This document shows, in pieces, positions 16,912-25,049 of a stretch of 64,000 bases of DNA. The stretch's first letter is position 1. The number at the start of each line of letters is the position of its first letter. Source of the DNA: a virus. The notes beneath the pieces are model-generated. The model did not search any database. It worked only from the letters and a program-made list of their open reading frames with translations, and was not told the origin of the DNA. The DNA lies in the IMG/VR virus record IMGVR_UViG_3300037308_000217, positions 1 to 64,000 of that record; one strand, given 5' to 3'. The translations under genes were made by a program, and so were the position numbers.

Positions 16912-17957
16912 TTGGTCGCCTCCAGCTGAAGGGTCCGGAACTCCCCGACCAACCGGTCAGGGTCCAGAGCCAGCTCGTCCCCGGCGCGCAGCTTGAGCAG
17001 CGCCATGAAGTAATCCTCCAGCGTTGGCCCCGCCGCTGTGGACGCCTGGACCTGGAGCCGGGGAGCCAGCGCCGTCACCCGATGAGTGATGGTGTGGTGC
17101 TCGACCCCGGCGGTCTTGAGAACCAGAGCGATGTCCCCCAGGTGCGCGCCTTCCGGGACCTCGACCTGGACGATGTCACCAGCCTTCACCCCAGCCAGCT
17201 CCACCGCCTGCTGCATCTCCCCCATCGTCGCTGCCGCGAACTTCCAGTAGCGCGGCCCCAGCACGACCGGGTAACTGGCCAGCCCTGCCTCCTCCGGAAT
17301 CAGGACGCGCTTGAACTCGTTGCTCTCGCCCGCGTCAACGTGGTAGGGGCTGCCGACATACACGATCTGGCAGCCGCCATCCGGTTGGATCACGCCGACG
17401 CCCTGGGGCCGGTGGTAGTGCCCCAGGATCACCCGCTTGAACGGCGCGAGCGCCGCCATCGGGATGCCCTCGGTCATCTCCCCCAGGCCCGCGACCTGCG
17501 CGCCGATCACCCCGAAATGCCCGAACAGGAGCGTGCTCGCCGGGTGCCACAGGCTTCCGGAGAAATGCTCGATCGCCTCCAGCTGCTGCGCGCGATCCTT
17601 CCGGTACGGCACCCAGAAGCCCAAGTCGTTTACGGTGGGCTCGGAGTAGACCAGCACCTTTGGCGCTTCCAGGGACTCCAGCGCATTCCGTCCCTGCACA
17701 TCCACCTGGTCATGGTTTCCGGACAGCAGGTGAACCGTGAAGCCCTCGGCCGTCACGCCCTTCCAGAAATCGCGGACGACGTTGAGCAGCCAGACCGGCA
17801 GCGCGTGCCGCACCTTCCAGAAGTCGCCCAGACACGCGATGTGCCGGCACCCGTAGGTCCGGGCCATCTGGACCAGCTCGGGCAGCACTATCCGGAGCAC
17901 CAGGTCCGCGTTGCTCTCGCACAGGTGCAGGTCGGCGAACAGCAGCATCCGGTCCAT
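16908..17957 (-). CDS. sbcD: SbcD/Mre11-like nuclease (T4 gp47 analogue)
   Basis: Calcineurin-type phosphoesterase motifs FADLHL, LGDFW, SGNHD and GHYH. Confidence 0.9.
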   Translation of the reverse strand: MDRMLLFADLHLCESNADLVLRIVLPELVQMARTYGCRHIACLGDFWKVRHALPVWLLNVVRDFWKGVTAEGFTVHLLSGNHDQVDVQGRNALESLEAPKVLVYSEPTVNDLGFWVPYRKDRAQQLEAIEHFSGSLWHPASTLLFGHFGVIGAQVAGLGEMTEGIPMAALAPFKRVILGHYHRPQGVGVIQPDGGCQIVYVGSPYHVDAGESNEFKRVLIPEEAGLASYPVVLGPRYWKFAAATMGEMQQAVELAGVKAGDIVQVEVPEGAHLGDIALVLKTAGVEHHTITHRVTALAPRLQVQASTAAGPTLEDYFMALLKLRAGDELALDPDRLVGEFRTLQLEATK

Positions 17958-18196
17958 CAGTCTTTCCTCCCCCGCTTGCGCGAAGTTGTGCCGAAATGCC
18001 CCGGCACTTTCTGCCCGTTCGACAGGATCGCCGCCGGCTGAAATCCGGAAACCGCGCCCAACTTGGCCGGCAGCGACATCTGCTTGACCATCTTGCCGCC
18101 GCAGCTCGGGCAGACCACGTCGAGATCCTCACGCCGGCTCACCGGCCAGTCCCGCAGCTCCTCGCCACACGCGCACTTGTAGTCGTAGATTGGCAT
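17957..18196 (-). CDS. FmdB-family zinc-ribbon protein
   Basis: MPIYDYKCACGE...CPSCGG. The ATG at 18196 is coupled (ATGA) to the upstream stop. Confidence 0.75.
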   Translation of the reverse strand: MPIYDYKCACGEELRDWPVSRREDLDVVCPSCGGKMVKQMSLPAKLGAVSGFQPAAILSNGQKVPGHFGTTSRKRGRKD

Positions 18197-18456
18197 CAGC
18201 TTTTCCCCTGGTACGCCTTCCAAGTTTCCTTCCAGATTCTCCGCTGCTCCGCAGCCTCATGGGTGTCGATCGCCGCACGCCACTGAATCCACCGGTCAGC
18301 TGCGAGCAACCGGACTTGCTCGGCCTTGAGCTTGACCCCGCAGCCAGTGGACGCCGCCAGCATGATCAGCTGGTAGGGGGAGGACGCCTGGCGAAGGGGC
18401 TCCACCGGCTCCATATCGGTCACAATCGGACCCATCTTGGCTTCCATCACGACCAC
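18196..18456 (-). CDS. Hypothetical protein
   Basis: ORF in operon context with stop-start coupling. Confidence 0.5.
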   Translation of the reverse strand: MVVMEAKMGPIVTDMEPVEPLRQASSPYQLIMLAASTGCGVKLKAEQVRLLAADRWIQWRAAIDTHEAAEQRRIWKETWKAYQGKS

Positions 18457-18665
18457 CCCAGCTGGTTGGCCTTCCAGAGCGGGATAACCAGGTTGCCCGA
18501 CTCGCCCTCAGCCGACTTGAGCCAAACTTCTGAGTCGTCATCAATCAGGCTCTCAGGCACCCACTGCTCGTCTCCCTCATAGCAAAGCAGCAGCGCCTTG
18601 GTCGTTTTCCGGACAACCATAACCTCGCCCCTCCACTTTTCATTACCCCCTGCCCCGCGATTCAT
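18447..18665 (-). CDS. Hypothetical protein
   Basis: The ATG at 18665 follows GGAGGATAA. An alternative internal ATG also has an RBS. Confidence 0.5.
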   Translation of the reverse strand: MNRGAGGNEKWRGEVMVVRKTTKALLLCYEGDEQWVPESLIDDDSEVWLKSAEGESGNLVIPLWKANQLGWS

Positions 18666-18874
18666 TTATCCTCCGGAAGATGCTCCAACAAATAGCTGAT
18701 GTACCACTGCGCTTTTTCCAAGTCCTCGCGATAATGCCCCTTATGACGCGCCCTGCTCAGATACTTAATTGCGTTACCCAGGCAAAAGTCCTCGTGTAAC
18801 CCCTGGTCACGCAAAAATTCAATCACCTCGATTTTGCCCTGATTGTAATGCGCAGGATGGTCCACTCGATTCAC
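18662..18874 (-). CDS. DUF3310-family phage protein
   Basis: HPAHYNQGKIEVIEF...GNAIKYLSRARHKG...DLEKAQWY matches the family pattern as I recall it. Confidence 0.7.
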   Translation of the reverse strand: MNRVDHPAHYNQGKIEVIEFLRDQGLHEDFCLGNAIKYLSRARHKGHYREDLEKAQWYISYLLEHLPEDK

Positions 18875-19989
18875 AGCAAACCCCCTAAGGATGGCGGATT
18901 GGCGATCTTGTACGCCTCAACCAAGCGTGGAAATAGCTCTGGGATCTCGGCCACCTTTTCCCTGAGCCCCACCCAACCCCGAAACTTCACCAGACCGATG
19001 TCACCGCCCAGATCGACGGAATCCCAAGCGCCCTGGCTATGCGCTATGAACTTAGCCCCCACCAACGTCTGGTAGATCGACCAAACATTGTCAGCACCCA
19101 GCCCGTGTAGGAGAGCAATACGCGCCTCACCCGGGGGACCGAGTCGATTCTTGATCAACTTGACCCCAACCTCCCGGCCAACAACAACCCCATCACCGGC
19201 TTTAATCTGGCCGGCATTGAACAGCTCCATCCGAATGGATGTAGCCAAGCGCAGAGCTTCACCCGCGTAAGTCTCCCTTTTAGGGCCAGGTGCGCCACCG
19301 AAATGCTGGATCTTCTCGTACTGGTGGTTGCACACGACCAGCGCGATCTTGGTGTTGCCGATGCGCCCGGCCACCTGGCGGCACGCCTGGCGCATGACCT
19401 TTGCCGCGGACGCAACCGTCGCCTCCCCGATTTTCTTGCCCAGCTCCTCATTCGTGCTGGTCGAGCCCAAGGCATCCCAACCGATGGTGACCGGCGAATC
19501 CGGAAAGTTGGTGCGCCAGAAATCACAGGACGCAAAAATCTTGTTGACCACGTTCTCGATGCTCAGCTCGGACGGGTCGAACTGGATGACCTGGAGCTTG
19601 TCCGGATCGACCCCCAGCCGGGTCGTGTAGACCGTGTCCCGCGCGGCCTCCGAATCGACCAGGATGGCGTAGCCTCCTATCCGCTGCGTTGACCCGAAAA
19701 TGGAGTCCAGGACCGTGCTCTTGCCGATGTGGTTGGGGCCGAACATCTCGGTCACCCTCCCGGCCGGTATCCCGCGCCCGCCCAGGAGGGTGTCCACCGC
19801 CAAGATGCCTGTCGGGATGAACAGCTTGACGGTGGACATCACCTCGCCCGAAAGCGGCAACACCTGCACCTCGACATCCCCGCTGCCAGACTTCGGGCTG
19901 ATAGCCAGCCGGTACTCTGCCAGCGGGTCACGCCTGGACGGCTTCTGCGCCCGACTCACGGGCTGCCGCTTAACCGGGGTCCGCTTCAT
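18871..19989 (-). CDS. RecA-superfamily recombinase (UvsX/RadA-like)
   Basis: GIPAGRVTEMFGPNHIGKST is a Walker A motif in RecA-like context. The gene is adjacent to the SSB-like gene. Confidence 0.75.
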   Translation of the reverse strand: MKRTPVKRQPVSRAQKPSRRDPLAEYRLAISPKSGSGDVEVQVLPLSGEVMSTVKLFIPTGILAVDTLLGGRGIPAGRVTEMFGPNHIGKSTVLDSIFGSTQRIGGYAILVDSEAARDTVYTTRLGVDPDKLQVIQFDPSELSIENVVNKIFASCDFWRTNFPDSPVTIGWDALGSTSTNEELGKKIGEATVASAAKVMRQACRQVAGRIGNTKIALVVCNHQYEKIQHFGGAPGPKRETYAGEALRLATSIRMELFNAGQIKAGDGVVVGREVGVKLIKNRLGPPGEARIALLHGLGADNVWSIYQTLVGAKFIAHSQGAWDSVDLGGDIGLVKFRGWVGLREKVAEIPELFPRLVEAYKIANPPSLGGLL

Positions 19990-19992
19990 CGC

Positions 19993-21465
19993 CTACTTGC
20001 CCGCCAGCCGTGCCTGGAGCTGCTGCAACTCCTGCGGGTTGGCCACCTGGGGCGCCTGGGCCGGGATCGGCGGTGGCGGGGGCATGGGGATGGCCCCTGG
20101 GGCCTGCTGGGGCGCCTGGGGCATCTGGGGCGCAGGCATCGCCTGCTGGGGCTGGTAGCTGACCGGTGGCGGCGCGCTGGGTGCGGCCGGCAGCGGCATG
20201 GGCATCGGCGGCTGCGGGGCCTGGGGCACCGGCGCCTGCTGCTGGTAGCTGTAGGGCTGCTGCATCGGTGGTGGCTGCGGCGGCTGGGCAAACGCCCCGT
20301 ACTCGGGTGGCGGAAATTGCAACTGCTGCTCCTCGCTCGGTGGCGGCTGGTAGCCATAGGTCGGCTGGGCCGGCGGCTGGGGCATCCAGGGGGTCTGCGG
20401 CTGGGCCTGGGGCTGCGGGTAGACCGGCATCCCCATCCCCGGCGCCGTCTGGTAGGGCAGCGGGGGAGCGGCCGGCTGGATCGTGTTGGGCATCTGCTGG
20501 GGCACCGGCATCGAATTGAACGGCTGCGGCGCCGGCTGCTGGTACTGCTGCGGTTGGTACTGCTGCGGCACCTGGACCGACATGCCCCCCGTGATCAAGC
20601 CCATGTCCAGCGCGGCCATGTGGCGCTCGCTCTCGGTGGACACCCGCAGGAGCTGGGTCAGGTCCCACAGGTTGGACAGCGCTGGCCAGAACTGCTGGGG
20701 CAAGGGCTCGGGCGGCAGATCGACCGCCGAATACTCCACATCCATAGCGCTGCCGCCCGTCTTTTTCTTGGCAATGATCCACGGATTGCCCAGCTGCGGG
20801 TGGACGCAGTCGGTGATGCTGCGGTGCTTGAGATTGCAGACGGTCAGGAACGCCTGCTGGAGCGAGTAGCTGCACGACAGGATGGCCGGGCGGAACTTGC
20901 CGTCCTCATAGATGTGCAGCTGCGGGAAGTCGAGCAGCACGACCTGGTAGAGCCACTTCCGCCGGTTGCGGCCGAAATCCTTGGCCCGCTTCACCACATT
21001 CGGGTCCGGATGGCCTTCCGCCATGATAGCCGCTTGGCAAATCTCGCAGGTGTCCCGGCCCGGGCAGCCGACCGACATCCCGCGCGGGTAGCGCATGGAC
21101 TTCCAGTAGTGCCACTCGCTCAGGACGAACAGCGGCAGCCCTTCCGGACGCCAGCTCGGGAGCATGTAGACGCGCTGGCTGCCCTGGTAGCCGGCCGGGA
21201 CATCCTTCCAGTCCTTTTCCCCGCGGGGTCCTGGGATGTCCGCGTAGCGCACCTCCAGCCCGTTGACGCGGCCGCCCTTGGACCCGACCGACGCCTGGAA
21301 CTGCCGCTGCGCCTCGGCCGGATTCTGCGGCATGTAGAACTGGGGCAGCTGTGCCGGTGGGGGCGGCATCTGCACCAGGTTGCCCTGGGGGTAGGCCGGC
21401 TGCTGCGGTCCGCCCTGTTGCGGGATTGGCGGGTACTGGGACGGGAACTGCGGATTTTGCGACAT
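19993..21465 (-). CDS. gp32-like ssDNA-binding protein flanked by long P/Q-rich low-complexity regions
   Basis: The core WHYWKSMRYPRGMSVGCPGRDTCEICQ...RRKWLYQVVLL resembles the T4 gp32 zinc site (H..C..CxxC) followed by a YWANILVV-like strand. About 55 N-terminal and 200 C-terminal residues are P/Q-rich. The ATG at 21465 follows AGGTGAAAACG. Confidence 0.55.
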   Translation of the reverse strand: MSQNPQFPSQYPPIPQQGGPQQPAYPQGNLVQMPPPPAQLPQFYMPQNPAEAQRQFQASVGSKGGRVNGLEVRYADIPGPRGEKDWKDVPAGYQGSQRVYMLPSWRPEGLPLFVLSEWHYWKSMRYPRGMSVGCPGRDTCEICQAAIMAEGHPDPNVVKRAKDFGRNRRKWLYQVVLLDFPQLHIYEDGKFRPAILSCSYSLQQAFLTVCNLKHRSITDCVHPQLGNPWIIAKKKTGGSAMDVEYSAVDLPPEPLPQQFWPALSNLWDLTQLLRVSTESERHMAALDMGLITGGMSVQVPQQYQPQQYQQPAPQPFNSMPVPQQMPNTIQPAAPPLPYQTAPGMGMPVYPQPQAQPQTPWMPQPPAQPTYGYQPPPSEEQQLQFPPPEYGAFAQPPQPPPMQQPYSYQQQAPVPQAPQPPMPMPLPAAPSAPPPVSYQPQQAMPAPQMPQAPQQAPGAIPMPPPPPIPAQAPQVANPQELQQLQARLAGK

Positions 21466-21496
21466 CGTTTTCACCTGTCCTGTTGGGTTGGTCGTT

Positions 21497-22027
21497 TCAC
21501 ATCGACAGCATCGGGGAACCGTCCTCAGCGGACCGCCGCACCGACGCGCGCAGCATTTCTTTCTTCGCTCTGAAACCTTCCAAAACCGCGTGAGCGGCGT
21601 TGAAGCTCTCCTCCAGATCGTGCAGCCGGCGCTGGTGCCCCGAGTATTCCGGATTCGACCGATAGTTGGCCTCGATCGCGGCCTCGGTCGGCTTTTTCCA
21701 GTCCCTCGCCGGCAGCTTGGTCGCCGGGTCCACCGGCGGGGTCAGCAGCTTGGCCGTGAGCACCTCGCGCCAGACGCGGTATTCCATCTCGCCGCGCTGC
21801 CATGCCTTGCGCGCCCGCGCCTCCATGATGCCCCAGTGCGTGATCTCGCCCGACACGCGGGCCACCTGGGCAGCCAAGTCCACTTCGCTGATCATCGTGG
21901 TTTCGACGATCTGGGCCGACACGGTCAGCAGCTTCTTGACGCTTCCGTCGTCATTCACCCCGTACAGGTCGAACGGTTGCTGGTGCTTGCTCACATAGCC
22001 CGAAAAATTCTGCGCGTCCTTGGCCAT
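21497..22027 (-). CDS. Hypothetical protein; a recombination-mediator role is suggested by position only
   Basis: 176-aa ORF between the polymerase and the SSB-like gene. No motif was recognised. Confidence 0.5.
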   Translation of the reverse strand: MAKDAQNFSGYVSKHQQPFDLYGVNDDGSVKKLLTVSAQIVETTMISEVDLAAQVARVSGEITHWGIMEARARKAWQRGEMEYRVWREVLTAKLLTPPVDPATKLPARDWKKPTEAAIEANYRSNPEYSGHQRRLHDLEESFNAAHAVLEGFRAKKEMLRASVRRSAEDGSPMLSM

Positions 22028-22036
22028 CCCGGCCTC

Positions 22037-24844
22037 CTAGATTTTCAGCGGTTTCTTCTCGGCCCAATTCGTTTCGGTGTACTCCACCGATGCGACAATC
22101 GGTGTCGGATTGAACTCGGGGTAGCTTTCCATCATCGCCTTAATCGCGCCCACCGACTCGACGATGTGGTCAGCCGGAATGTCGATCTGGATTTCATCGT
22201 GAACGGTGTTGACCAGCAGGATGGGCGAGCTGGTCGCCTTGGCCCACTTCCAGATCCGGACCAGGCTTTCCTTGGTCAGCTCAGCAGCAGTCCCTTGGAT
22301 CAACGAACCGATCGCCTGGCGCTCAGCGCGGCCGCGCTTCCAGTACGACAGCGAGCCCAGATCCGGAATGCGCCGCGGCCGGCCAAACAGGTTGAGGAAC
22401 TGGCAACCATTCAGCCGGCAGAACTCCCAAAAGTTTTTCCGCAGCTCCGCGATGCCGTGGTACTTCTGGAAAAACGTATTGAGGTATTTAGCCGCTTCAT
22501 CCACCGAGAGGCCCGCTTGCCGGGCAAACCCGGTCTCGGTCATGCAATAAGAATTACTGACGATCTTACCTGCTACAGTGAACCTGTGGCGGGGACCTGC
22601 GTCGAGGAGATCAAATACTCGCGTCTTTTTCGCCCCATGCGCTCGCTGGTATTGAGCAAATTTTCGGCTTGGGTGACCAACCTCAGATTCTCCGGAGAGT
22701 AGTGTCCCTCGTTGTCGATCCGTTCGAAAACCAAACCTTTGAAATCCGCATCCGGATACTTCTCCAGCGCCCACCGAATGAAATGCTCCCGCGATCTGAA
22801 AAGCACCTTGATCCCGCGCCCCTTGTACCGTTTCGATGAAATGTGAGTATCCCTCTCGCAACGCTGCACCATAGCATCGTATCGTCTCCCCAAGATGCCC
22901 GCCCTCCGATCGCCATACTTCCCCTGGCAAGTACAATTCCGAGATAGACCCCTCTTGACGTTGTCCAGAATTGCCCATTTTGTGATCCCGCAAACTACGC
23001 AGGTCATCTCGATAAAACGAGTCCTCCTCCCCTGGCGGCCAACCGGCATCCATTCCCATTTTCCGGTCAAACGCAGAGTACCCAATGGGAGTTTCGCCAA
23101 CCGCTCCAGTAGCAATTTTTCCGGAATATACCTGGGATGCGATTTTCCAGATCGGTACAAGGTCACCCCCCTCGGTGTAGACCTCATGCTCGGGGGTTGC
23201 TACCAGTCCGTCACACTCGATAACGTCACAAACCCCGCGGCATATCAAACCGGCGTGCCTCACCCAAGCTACCCCATCCCATAGCAAATGCCTATCCTTA
23301 ACCTGCTCGATAGGCACCAAGCCCTCATCGGTCAAGACAGACTGCCCTTCTGCAATGCACAAACCGAAATTCACAATTTTAGCCCGGCGCCGGTAGACCT
23401 TGTCATCGGACCCCCAGACCTCCATCGCCGTGCGGCTGTGGATGTCCCCGCCGGTCCGGTACACCTCCATCATCACCGGGTCGCGGCTGTAGAACGCGAG
23501 CACGCGCAGCTCGATCTGGCTGTAGTCGAAAAAGAACCGGGGCATCCGGGGGCCGCGCACAACGAACAGCCGCCGCACGCTGTAGGGGTCGATCCCCCCA
23601 TCGGCCAGGGGCTTGCCCGTGGCCTCCAGCGCGCGGTCGTTATCGTCCGAACTGAAATTCTGGAAGTTGGGGTTGCGGCAGCTCAGCCGGCCGGTATTCG
23701 TCCCGACCTGCTGGAAATCACCGTGCAGCATCCCATCGTGGCCGACGCGCGCCAGCAGGCTGCTGGTGTAGGTCGTGTCGATCTTGTGCGCCTCGCGCCA
23801 CTCCAGAATCTGCAACAGCACCGGCCAGGTCTTACCGAACTCGACCAGCACTTCTTCGTCCACCGCCAGCTTGTCCGCCAGCACCGCCGGCCGCCCCTCA
23901 TGGTTCGCAGCGCGCACCTCTTTTTGGCCGGCCTTGGTCAGCTTGGACAGCGGAACATTCAGGGTCTTGAGCAGGTAATCGCGCAGCTCGTCATCGCTGG
24001 CCAGGTTGAAAGGGAGCTGCATCTGCTTTTGCAGCTCGTCTTTCCGGAATCGCACGCGCTCGCTGAGCTGCTGGAGGTACACCAGGTCAACCGGCAGCCC
24101 GTTCTCCTCAGTCTCGTGCAGCACTCGGGTCAGGTCCATCTCGGTTTGCCACACGCGCGAGTAGGTGCGCGAGATGGCATGGCGGCCCTCATAGAACTGC
24201 CAGAGCCGCATCGCATAATCCACGTCGAAACAAGCGTACAAGCCCGCGACGTTGATGGGGACGTGGCTGTAGCCGACGCGCGACTTGTACTCGTCGAGCC
24301 CAGTGCCCATCGCCTTTGCGCCAGCCTCGACCCAGCGGTCCAGGCTGTGCTTGTTTTCCTTCGCCTGCGGGTCCCCCAGGTCCCGGGACGCCCGCTCCTC
24401 CAAGGTCGCCGAGTTGTTCTCGTCGTGAAACCTGGCCGCGATCATCGTGTCGTAGCGAGGCCCCAGGACCGCCCAGCGCTCCCTGGCAGCAAAATGCTCG
24501 TCGAACTTGATGTTGTGAGCGATCTTGAGCTGCTGGCTCCGGAACAGGTCGTTGACCGCCTGCCAGACCTGGTCCAGGGGCAGCTGGGGCTCACCGGTCA
24601 TGTGTCGGAAGGGGATGTACCAGCAGTGCGTTTCCCCTCCGGATGGCATCCAGCCCAGGGCAATCCCGCACGCTCGGGCATCCCGGTGCCAGGCCAGTCC
24701 GGAAGTCTCAAAGTCGAAGGCGAAAGCGGGAGCCGCGAGCAGCTCGGCCATGGCGGCCCGCAGCTGTTCCGGTGTCGTGACCAGCGCCTTACCGGGGGGG
24801 AAGGAAGTCGAGTAGGCGACCGCTTTTGCCTGAGCTGCCTGCAA
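22037..24844 (-). CDS. polA: Family-A DNA polymerase (3'-5' exonuclease plus polymerase domains) interrupted by an intein
   Basis: Exo motifs FDFETSGL, HNIKFD and YACFDVDY. Pol motif A is FFDYSQIELRVLA, motif B is RRRAKIVNFGL//SYCMTETGFARQ, and motif C is NTVHDEIQI. The TTG start at 24844 follows GGAGGGCTTTC. Confidence 0.9.
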   Translation of the reverse strand: MQAAQAKAVAYSTSFPPGKALVTTPEQLRAAMAELLAAPAFAFDFETSGLAWHRDARACGIALGWMPSGGETHCWYIPFRHMTGEPQLPLDQVWQAVNDLFRSQQLKIAHNIKFDEHFAARERWAVLGPRYDTMIAARFHDENNSATLEERASRDLGDPQAKENKHSLDRWVEAGAKAMGTGLDEYKSRVGYSHVPINVAGLYACFDVDYAMRLWQFYEGRHAISRTYSRVWQTEMDLTRVLHETEENGLPVDLVYLQQLSERVRFRKDELQKQMQLPFNLASDDELRDYLLKTLNVPLSKLTKAGQKEVRAANHEGRPAVLADKLAVDEEVLVEFGKTWPVLLQILEWREAHKIDTTYTSSLLARVGHDGMLHGDFQQVGTNTGRLSCRNPNFQNFSSDDNDRALEATGKPLADGGIDPYSVRRLFVVRGPRMPRFFFDYSQIELRVLAFYSRDPVMMEVYRTGGDIHSRTAMEVWGSDDKVYRRRAKIVNFGLCIAEGQSVLTDEGLVPIEQVKDRHLLWDGVAWVRHAGLICRGVCDVIECDGLVATPEHEVYTEGGDLVPIWKIASQVYSGKIATGAVGETPIGYSAFDRKMGMDAGWPPGEEDSFYRDDLRSLRDHKMGNSGQRQEGSISELYLPGEVWRSEGGHLGETIRCYGAALREGYSHFIETVQGARDQGAFQIAGAFHSVGAGEVSGCGFQRFGFRTDRQRGTLLSGESEVGHPSRKFAQYQRAHGAKKTRVFDLLDAGPRHRFTVAGKIVSNSYCMTETGFARQAGLSVDEAAKYLNTFFQKYHGIAELRKNFWEFCRLNGCQFLNLFGRPRRIPDLGSLSYWKRGRAERQAIGSLIQGTAAELTKESLVRIWKWAKATSSPILLVNTVHDEIQIDIPADHIVESVGAIKAMMESYPEFNPTPIVASVEYTETNWAEKKPLKI
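22553..23359 (-). mobile_element. Intein (269 codons, polymerase residues C496-N764) inserted in motif B
   Basis: Block A CIAEGQSVLTDEG, block B LVATPEHEVYT, block F RVFDLLDAGPRHRF, block G FTVAGKIVSN followed by +1 Ser. Removing it restores NFGL-SYCMTETGFARQ (compare NFGLIYGMSAFGLARQ). Confidence 0.8.
22573..23187 (-). CDS. HNH homing endonuclease ORF nested inside the intein in a different reading frame
   Basis: 204 codons offset by 1 nt from the polymerase frame. Motifs: CVVCG...CTCQG, GRRYDAMVQRC...YKGRGIKV and ERIDNEGHYSPENLRLVTQAEN. Local GC is about 50-55 %. The true start is uncertain (weak RBS at 23187). Confidence 0.7.
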   Translation of the reverse strand: MRSTPRGVTLYRSGKSHPRYIPEKLLLERLAKLPLGTLRLTGKWEWMPVGRQGRRTRFIEMTCVVCGITKWAILDNVKRGLSRNCTCQGKYGDRRAGILGRRYDAMVQRCERDTHISSKRYKGRGIKVLFRSREHFIRWALEKYPDADFKGLVFERIDNEGHYSPENLRLVTQAENLLNTSERMGRKRREYLISSTQVPATGSL

Positions 24845-25049
24845 GAAAGCCCTCCAGAAATTCCTCAGCGTCCAGCTCGACGATCCCAGGCTCAGCGACA
24901 GAACTCTTGCGGCGGACCAGCTTGACCCAGACCTGCCCGCTCACCGACCACCGCAGCAGCTGATAGATCGGGCCGCGGTCAGTCTCGATCAGCGGTGGAT
25001 ACCCCGGCCAGTCAACCTCGGTGGCCTGGCGGGTATCCAGGTTGATCAC
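24789..25049 (-). CDS. Small hypothetical protein
   Basis: The GTG at 25049 overlaps the upstream TGA (GTGA). It is the C-terminal part of ORF 24789..25304 and overlaps the polymerase start by 56 nt. Confidence 0.35.
   Translation of the reverse strand: MINLDTRQATEVDWPGYPPLIETDRGPIYQLLRWSVSGQVWVKLVRRKSSVAEPGIVELDAEEFLEGFLAGSSGKSGRLLDFLPPR

Noticed and set aside
14653-16929. Very long plus-strand ORFs: 14653..16929 (758 aa), 61049..63331 (760 aa), 56772..59369 (865 aa), 51427..53751 (774 aa), 19729..21573 (614 aa) and 8584..9942 (452 aa).
   Set aside because: These are antisense shadows of well-supported minus-strand genes (SbcC, sheath, tape measure and others). Their products are Arg/Gly/Pro/His/Leu-rich with no motifs, which is typical of stop-codon-poor high-GC DNA.
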